Assembly: GCA_902786565.1 (NCBI GenBank) | Contig: CADACW010000001.1 | Location: 55,151 to 119,150 of the forward strand | Origin: an uncultured Prevotellaceae bacterium | GTDB taxonomy: Bacteria > Bacteroidota > Bacteroidia > Bacteroidales > Bacteroidaceae | Direction of reading: 5' to 3' | Length of the DNA: 64,000 nucleotides | Part shown: one piece after another, positions 59,001 through 64,000 of the stretch | How the letters are laid out: each line of letters begins with the position of its first letter | Position numbering within the stretch: position 1 is the first letter of the stretch | Position numbers and translations under genes: made by a program | The notes under the pieces: model-generated | Seen by the model: only the letters and a program-made list of their open reading frames with translations | The model's database searches: none | Told to the model about the DNA's origin: nothing

Positions 59001-59065
59001 AGAGTGCCAAGGGCAAGACCGAACTCCGCATAGTAGAGGCCGACCTGATGGAGAGACTGAAATAA
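56030..59065 (+). CDS. Glycoside hydrolase family 2 protein (DUF4982-type architecture)
   Basis: Signal peptide, FNAGWR, WYRKTF, FVEFEGARQGADVWLNG, TRTGFR, RNNPSIIFYECGN, HWNY...ELFLNGKSLG and C-terminal beta-sandwiches. Confidence 0.88.
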   Translation: MKKLLFLITMLLSLTAVWATERQKLNFNAGWRLAVGDMADASKPDFDDRRWQQVTLPYAFNGDEAFKKDIVDLTDTIVWYRKTFNLTASQLQGKVFVEFEGARQGADVWLNGQKVGFSDNGVMAFGFDLTPYLIKGRNVMAVRCDNSWQYRDRTLNSRYQWNDKNFNANYGGLPKNVFLHITGKLYQTLPLYSNLGTTGTYVYATNFDIAARKATIHTESQVKNEDTKARTFTLQTVVKDLDGTVLAVFDSQPTTLQPGQTATVTAQKAVEGLHFWSWGYGYLYTVETCLAVGGSPADKVVTRTGFRKTEFRDGKFYLNDRCLMVHGYAQRTSNEWPGTGLSVPAWLSDYSNALMVESGGNLVRWMHVCPWKQDIESCDRVGLIQAMPAGDAEKDVDGARWQQRTQLMRDAIIYNRNNPSIIFYECGNFRISKEHMEEMKKIRNQYDPYGGRAIGSREMLDRPEAEYGGEMLYINKSATKPMWSMEYYRDEGLRKYWDEYSYPFHKEGDGPLYRGAPALDYNHNMDRLACGMVERWHEYWLERPGTGRRVSSGGVKIVFSDTNTHHRGESNYRTSGVVDAMRIPKDAFYAHQVMWDGWVSPEKERTHIIGHWNYGEGDKSATIEKPVYVVSTGDEVELFLNGKSLGKGERTFQWLFTWPKVKFEPGTLVAKAFRAGNGSVAASTDTLVTAGEPYELKLTAMQNPEGFRADGADMALIQVEVVDKQGRRCPLDNRMVNFHVNGEVRWVGGIATRDNKKFQIDDPNPDKKLLDSANKKNLSDNYVGHESLPVECGVNRVLLRSTTTPGLIEIAVQADGVKPAYLNLNTRAPEANPLPSLTLKPSLVRGETPSTPSYADTRVSVGIVSIKTGSNPDDAKNSIDDNELTEWKSDGERENAWVTYKLERKAAIAEITLKLTGWRQKCYPLEVYAGKKKVWEGITPATLGYVHLNIAQPVPAKELTIKMVGPAQDSKKFGTVKELAGGVANEMDRMKSAKGKTELRIVEADLMERLK

Positions 59066-59071
59066 AAAACA

Positions 59072-59367
59072 AAAGACAACCTGAACAACTAAAACAACAT
59101 AATGCACAAGCAGAAAAGTTGTCCAAGTTGTTCAGGTTGTCTTCAAGAATAAAAAGACAACAAGAACAACTAAAACAACCTACTTGCAAAAGCAGAATAA
59201 AAGTTGTCCAAGTTGTTCAGGTTGTCTTCAATATAATACAACTAAGACAAGTTACTGCATAAGCAGAAAAGTTGTCAAAGTTGTTCAAGTTGTCTTCAAT
59301 ATAATACAACTAAGACAACTTACTGCACAAGCAGAAAAGTTGTCCAAGTTGTTCGGGTTGTCTTCAA
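59072..59367. repeat. Array of four ~37-bp repeats plus inverted partial copies between convergent GH2 and alaS
   Basis: GCAGAAAAGTTGTCCAAGTTGTTCAGGTTGTCTTCAA at 59110-59146, 59192-59231 (+3 bp), 59263-59299 and 59331-59367. Complementary AAGACAACCTGAACAACT arms precede units 1 and 2. Confidence 0.9.
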
Positions 59368-59376
59368 GAAAATATA

Positions 59377-62043
59377 CTACAGGTTGGCCAGTTCCAACAC
59401 CTTGTCTACAGCGGCACTCAGGCCGTCGACATTCTTACCGCCAGCCTGGGCAAAGTGAGGCTGACCGCCACCGCCACCCTGGATGAGCTTGGCGGCCTCG
59501 CGCACCAGCTGACCGGCATTCAGACCGTGGTCGGCCACCACATCGTCGCTCAGCATGATGGTGAGCTGGGGCTTATCGTTGGCCTCAGTGCCGAGCACAC
59601 AGAGTAGCGAACCGTCCACACTGGCACGAATCTTAAAGGCCAAATCCTTGGCGGCCTGAGGCTCCAAGAGCAGAACAGAGGTGATCACCTTGACACCACT
59701 CATCAGGCGGGCTTTCTCGACCAACTGCTTGGCCAGACGCTCCACAGCCTGGGCCTGGAACGTGTCTATCTGCTTCTTCATGGCATCGTGCTCCTCAATA
59801 TACTTCTGGATGACACCCTGCAAGTCCTTGGCATTGTTGAAGAACGACTTCACGGCCTTCAGCGTGTCCTCGATATTGTAGAGCAACTCCTCGCACTGCT
59901 TGCCCGTGCGGGCCTCGATGCGGCGGATGCCGGCGGCCACGCTGCTCTCAGAGACAATCTTGAAGAAGCCGATGCGACCGGTAGAGGTGGCGTGGATGCC
60001 ACCACACAACTCGCACGACGGACCAAAGCGCATGACGCGCACCTTGTCGCCATACTTCTCGCCAAAGAGGGCGATGGCACCCAGCTTCTTGGCCTCGTCC
60101 ATAGGCATGTCGCGATGCTCGTCGCGGGGCAGGTCTTGGCGAATCATATCGTTGACCATACGCTCCACCTCGCGCAGCTGTTCGTCGCTGACCTTCTCGA
60201 AGTGGGAGAAGTCGAAGCGCAGAACGTCGGGGCTGACAAACGAGCCCTTCTGCTCCACATGGTCGCCGAGCACCTGCTTCAGAGCGTAGTCCAACAGATG
60301 GGTGGCGGTGTGGTTGGCAGCGCTGGCGTCGCGCTTGTCGGTGTCGACGCAGGCCATAAACTGTGCCGTCGGGTCTTTGGGCAACTCCTTGACGATGTGC
60401 ACAGTCTGGCCGTTCTCGCGCTTGGAGTCGACAATCTCAACGGTCTCGTTCTCGCTGACAAGAACGCCCTGTTCGCCCACCTGGCCGCCCATCTCGCCAT
60501 AGAACGGCGTATAGTCGAGCACCAGTTCGTAGAACACATTCTTCTTCTGCGTCACTTTGCGATAGCGCAGGATGTGGCAGGTATACTCGCTGAAGTCGTA
60601 GCCCACGAACTGCTGTTCGCCTGTGGCCAGCTCTGTCCAGTCGCTGTTCTCCACGGCGGCGGCATTGCGGGCACGCTCCTTCTGCTTCTGCATCTCGACG
60701 TTAAACTGCTCTTCGTTGACGGTGAAGCCGTTTTCACGACAGATGAGTTCCGTCAGGTCGAGAGGGAAGCCGTAGGTGTCGAACAGGCGGAAAGCCTCAA
60801 CACCGCTCAACTCCTTCACGCCCTTGCTCCTCATCTCATCCATGGCCTTGTCAAGCATGGAGATACCTTTGTCGAGGGTGCGGAGGAAGCTGTCCTCCTC
60901 TTCCTTGATGACGCGGCCGATGAGCTGCTGCTGGGCCTTCAGTTCGGGGAAGGCATCGCCCATCTCCTCGACGAGGGTGGGCAGAAGCTTGTAGAGGAAG
61001 GCCTCTTTCTGGCCAAGGAAGGTGTAGGCATAGCGGACGGCACGGCGCAGAATGCGGCGGATAACGTAGCCGGCCTTGGCATTGCTGGGCAGCTGGCCAT
61101 CGGCAATTGAAAACGACACGGCACGCAGATGGTCGGCGCAGACGCGCATGGCCACATTGATTTGTTCTTGAGTTGACGATTGGGTCGATGAGTCAACTTC
61201 TTCCTCGAAGGTGACGTACTTTAAGCCTGTAATCTGCTGTTCGGCCTTGATGATGGGCTGGAACACGTCGGTGTCGTAATTGGAGTGCTTGCCCTGCATC
61301 ATGCGGACAAGGCGCTCGAAGCCCATACCCGTGTCGATGACGTTCATCGAGAGCTTCTCCAGCGAACCGTCGGCCTTGCGGTTGAACTGCATGAAGACCA
61401 GGTTCCAAATCTCGATGACCTGTGGGTCGTCCTGGTTCACCAGCTCGCGGCCGCTCTTGCCGCTGGCCTTGCGCTGTTCGGGCGTGCGGCTGTCGACGTG
61501 GATTTCCGAGCAGGGACCACAGGGGCCTGTATCGCCCATCTCCCAGAAGTTGTCGTGCTTGTTGCCGTTGATGATATGGTCCTCAGGCACGTGCTTGGCC
61601 CAATATTTGGCAGCCTCGTCGTCGCGGGGGATGTTCTCTTCAGGCGAGCCCTCGAACACGGTGACGTAGAGGTCTTCGGGGTTCAGTTTCAGCACATCGA
61701 CCAGATACTCCCAGGCCATATCGATGGCGCCCTCCTTGAAGTAGTCGCCAAACGACCAGTTGCCCAGCATCTCAAACATGGTGTGGTGGTAGGTGTCATG
61801 TCCCACCTCCTCCAGGTCGTTGTGCTTGCCGCTGACGCGCAGGCACTTCTGCGTGTCGGCACGGCGGCGCGGCTCAGGGTCGCGTGTGCCGAGGATAATG
61901 TCTTTCCACTGGTTCATGCCGGCGTTGGTAAACATCAGCGTCGGGTCGTCCTTAATCACCATCGGTGCCGAGGGCACGATGGCATGTCCTTTCGACTCAA
62001 AAAACTTTTTAAATGAGTCGCGGATTTCTTTTGCAGTCATCAT
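59377..62043 (-). CDS. alaS: Alanyl-tRNA synthetase
   Basis: [55 protein letters not shown] and [13 protein letters not shown]. Confidence 0.98.
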   Translation of the reverse strand: MMTAKEIRDSFKKFFESKGHAIVPSAPMVIKDDPTLMFTNAGMNQWKDIILGTRDPEPRRRADTQKCLRVSGKHNDLEEVGHDTYHHTMFEMLGNWSFGDYFKEGAIDMAWEYLVDVLKLNPEDLYVTVFEGSPEENIPRDDEAAKYWAKHVPEDHIINGNKHDNFWEMGDTGPCGPCSEIHVDSRTPEQRKASGKSGRELVNQDDPQVIEIWNLVFMQFNRKADGSLEKLSMNVIDTGMGFERLVRMMQGKHSNYDTDVFQPIIKAEQQITGLKYVTFEEEVDSSTQSSTQEQINVAMRVCADHLRAVSFSIADGQLPSNAKAGYVIRRILRRAVRYAYTFLGQKEAFLYKLLPTLVEEMGDAFPELKAQQQLIGRVIKEEEDSFLRTLDKGISMLDKAMDEMRSKGVKELSGVEAFRLFDTYGFPLDLTELICRENGFTVNEEQFNVEMQKQKERARNAAAVENSDWTELATGEQQFVGYDFSEYTCHILRYRKVTQKKNVFYELVLDYTPFYGEMGGQVGEQGVLVSENETVEIVDSKRENGQTVHIVKELPKDPTAQFMACVDTDKRDASAANHTATHLLDYALKQVLGDHVEQKGSFVSPDVLRFDFSHFEKVSDEQLREVERMVNDMIRQDLPRDEHRDMPMDEAKKLGAIALFGEKYGDKVRVMRFGPSCELCGGIHATSTGRIGFFKIVSESSVAAGIRRIEARTGKQCEELLYNIEDTLKAVKSFFNNAKDLQGVIQKYIEEHDAMKKQIDTFQAQAVERLAKQLVEKARLMSGVKVITSVLLLEPQAAKDLAFKIRASVDGSLLCVLGTEANDKPQLTIMLSDDVVADHGLNAGQLVREAAKLIQGGGGGQPHFAQAGGKNVDGLSAAVDKVLELANL

Positions 62044-62120
62044 TGTTTTTTATAGTTGTTTCTTTTGCGTTATTACGTTATTGCGTTATCACGATTATCA
62101 TTATCACGACGGAATCCCCC

Positions 62121-62765
62121 TCAGAGCGACTCCACAAAGGAGCGGGTCAACTGGAAGGAACGGTCGGCAATGGTGTTCCAAAAGTCGTGATACTGAGAGG
62201 CATCGGTGTCGCGGAGAGGCATGTCGCTCACCGTGCGGAAGGAGATGAAGGGCACGCCGAGGACGTAGCACGTCTGGGCAATGGCACAGGACTCCATGTC
62301 GACGGCCAGGGCGTCAGGAAACTTGTCAACAATCTGGCGCATCTTCTCCTTGGAGTCGACAAACCAGTCGCCGGTGACGATGAGGCCCTGATGGATGGTG
62401 GCGCCGGAAGACGTCAGCTGCTCGCTCTTGCGCAACAGATAGGGGTCGGCCTGGAAACGGACGGGCAAGCCCTGCACCTGACCATATACCGTAGTGTCGT
62501 CGATGGCGCGGCCACAATAGACGTCGTGATAGCACAGCTCACGACTCACCACCACGTCCTGGATGTTGATGCCATCGCCATTGCCACCGGCACAACCGCT
62601 GGAAATGATACAGTCGGGGTGGAACTCGTAAATCATCCTCTGAGCACCCAAGGCGGCATTCACCTTGCCGATGCCACACTTCTGAACCAGCACTTCGCTG
62701 CCGTTAAACACCTGCTGCAACTGGTGCAGCTCCTTGTCCATAGCTACAATGATTCCAACTTTCAT
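62121..62765 (-). CDS. mtnN: 5'-methylthioadenosine/S-adenosylhomocysteine nucleosidase
   Basis: GIIVAMDKE, CGIGKVNAA, GLIVTGDWF, VDMESCAIAQ and FRTVSD. Confidence 0.93.
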   Translation of the reverse strand: MKVGIIVAMDKELHQLQQVFNGSEVLVQKCGIGKVNAALGAQRMIYEFHPDCIISSGCAGGNGDGINIQDVVVSRELCYHDVYCGRAIDDTTVYGQVQGLPVRFQADPYLLRKSEQLTSSGATIHQGLIVTGDWFVDSKEKMRQIVDKFPDALAVDMESCAIAQTCYVLGVPFISFRTVSDMPLRDTDASQYHDFWNTIADRSFQLTRSFVESL

Positions 62766-62782
62766 ATCGTCTGTCTAATTGT

Positions 62783-64000
62783 TTAGGATAAAGCGACTGT
62801 GAGACCAGCCATCACGATGCTGACCATAGACATCAGCTTGATGAGAATGTTGAGCGAGGGGCCGCTGGTGTCCTTGAACGGGTCGCCCACGGTGTCGCCG
62901 ACGATGGTGGCTTTGTGGGCGAAGGAGCCCTTGCCACCGAAGTTGCCCTCTTCAACCATCTTCTTGGCATTGTCCCAAGCACCACCGGCATTGGCCATAA
63001 AGACGGCCAGGGTGAAACCGCAGGCAAGGCCGCCGACAAGCAAACCGAGCACACCGGCCACACCAAGGACACAGCCTACAACGATGGGGATGGCAATGGC
63101 GAGAAGCGACGGGAATATCATCTCCTTCTGGGCGGCGCGGGTGGAAATCTCCACGCAGGAGCCGTAGTCGGGAGTGCCGGTACCCTCAAGGATGCCTTTG
63201 ATTTCGCGGAACTGACGGCGGACTTCCTCCACCATCTTCTGGGCGGCGCGGCCGACAGCCTCCATCGTGAGGCCGCAGAACAGGAAGGCAGCCATGCCAC
63301 CGATGAAGGTTCCAACGAGCACCTTGGGATTCATCAGCGTCACCTGGAAATAGTTCATAAAGTCGGGGATGGTGGCCTGGGCGGCATTGATGACCTCGCC
63401 CTTCAGGTTGGTAAGCGTCATGCCGGCACGCTCCATGGCAATCTTCACCTCTTCAATATAGGAGGCGAGCAGGGCCAGAGCGGTCAAGGCAGCCGAGCCG
63501 ATGGCGAAACCTTTGCCAGTGGCGGCGGTAGTGTTGCCCAGAGCGTCGAGGGCGTCGGTGCGATGACGCACGTCTTCGCCCAGATTGCTCATCTCTGCAT
63601 TGCCGCCAGCATTGTCGGCAATGGGGCCATAGGCGTCGGTGGCCAGAGTGATGCCCAAAGTGGAGAGCATGCCCACGGCGGCGATGCCGATGCCATAAAG
63701 GCCACGGGAAAGGGCCTCGGCAGAGAGGTCAGTGTTGAAGCCATTGGCGCAAAGATAGCTCAGCATAATGGCCACGCCAATGGTAACCACAGGGATGCAG
63801 GTGGAAATCATGCCTGTGCCGATACCCTTGATGATGACGGTGGCCGAACCTGTCAGGCCGGCTTCACTGATACGCTGCGTCGGCTTATAGGAATGGGAGG
63901 TGTAATACTCAGTAGCCTGTCCGATGATGACGCCTGCTGCCAGACCGGTAATCACTGAGAAGGAGAGGCCGAGCCAACCGTCAATCTGCAACAGGTAGAG
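62783..64000 (-). CDS. hppA: Membrane-bound cation-translocating pyrophosphatase, C-terminal part (gene begins beyond the window)
   Basis: [47 protein letters not shown] and [21 protein letters not shown]. Confidence 0.96.
   Translation of the reverse strand, partial: LYLLQIDGWLGLSFSVITGLAAGVIIGQATEYYTSHSYKPTQRISEAGLTGSATVIIKGIGTGMISTCIPVVTIGVAIMLSYLCANGFNTDLSAEALSRGLYGIGIAAVGMLSTLGITLATDAYGPIADNAGGNAEMSNLGEDVRHRTDALDALGNTTAATGKGFAIGSAALTALALLASYIEEVKIAMERAGMTLTNLKGEVINAAQATIPDFMNYFQVTLMNPKVLVGTFIGGMAAFLFCGLTMEAVGRAAQKMVEEVRRQFREIKGILEGTGTPDYGSCVEISTRAAQKEMIFPSLLAIAIPIVVGCVLGVAGVLGLLVGGLACGFTLAVFMANAGGAWDNAKKMVEEGNFGGKGSFAHKATIVGDTVGDPFKDTSGPSLNILIKLMSMVSIVMAGLTVALS

Noticed and set aside
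59110-59367. CRISPR array (37-bp repeats containing GTTGT, 31-45-bp spacers)
   Set aside because: Spacers 2 and 3 are near-identical, spacer 1 is complementary to the repeat, the repeat is itself a 9-mer multimer, and there are no cas genes or leader.
1-64000. tRNA, rRNA, riboswitch, transposase, integrase or invertase genes
   Set aside because: No recognisable signatures were found by eye on either strand. A covariance-model scan would be needed to exclude weak riboswitches.

Overview
Bacteroidales window, most likely a rumen or gut Prevotella-type genome, judged from gene content, TAnnTTTG promoters and GC3-rich codons. The flanks are housekeeping. Left flank: valS, an AspT/YidE transporter, a Na+-decarboxylase gamma/biotin-carrier/beta module, lptB, degP, hflX, a secreted serpin, RNase P RNA, yihY, a CE12 esterase, nhaC, a YoeB toxin pair, proS, ompA, mtgA, pyrBI and comM. 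Right flank: a GH2, alaS, mtnN and hppA. Directly after comM is an AT-rich decayed defence remnant (DUF262 stub plus mosaic rhuM). Next is a 31.4-kb segment (24540-55930) bounded by perfect 78-bp inverted repeats, each built from three 22-bp-period palindromes. The segment holds (i) three large secreted proteins sharing a repeated beta-sandwich/helical-spacer module, one ending in a T9SS-type CTD and two in dockerin-like domains, one of which is a GH128; (ii) a tandem susC/susD locus with three fasciclin lipoproteins; (iii) a two-ORF cassette between 49-bp hairpin direct repeats; and (iv) a stand-alone AraC domain. Heptamer microrepeats occur at many gene junctions and encode the signal-peptide cores of several lipoproteins. 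No rRNA, tRNA, CRISPR array, transposase or recombinase was found. All family calls come from motif recognition by eye; no database search was run.
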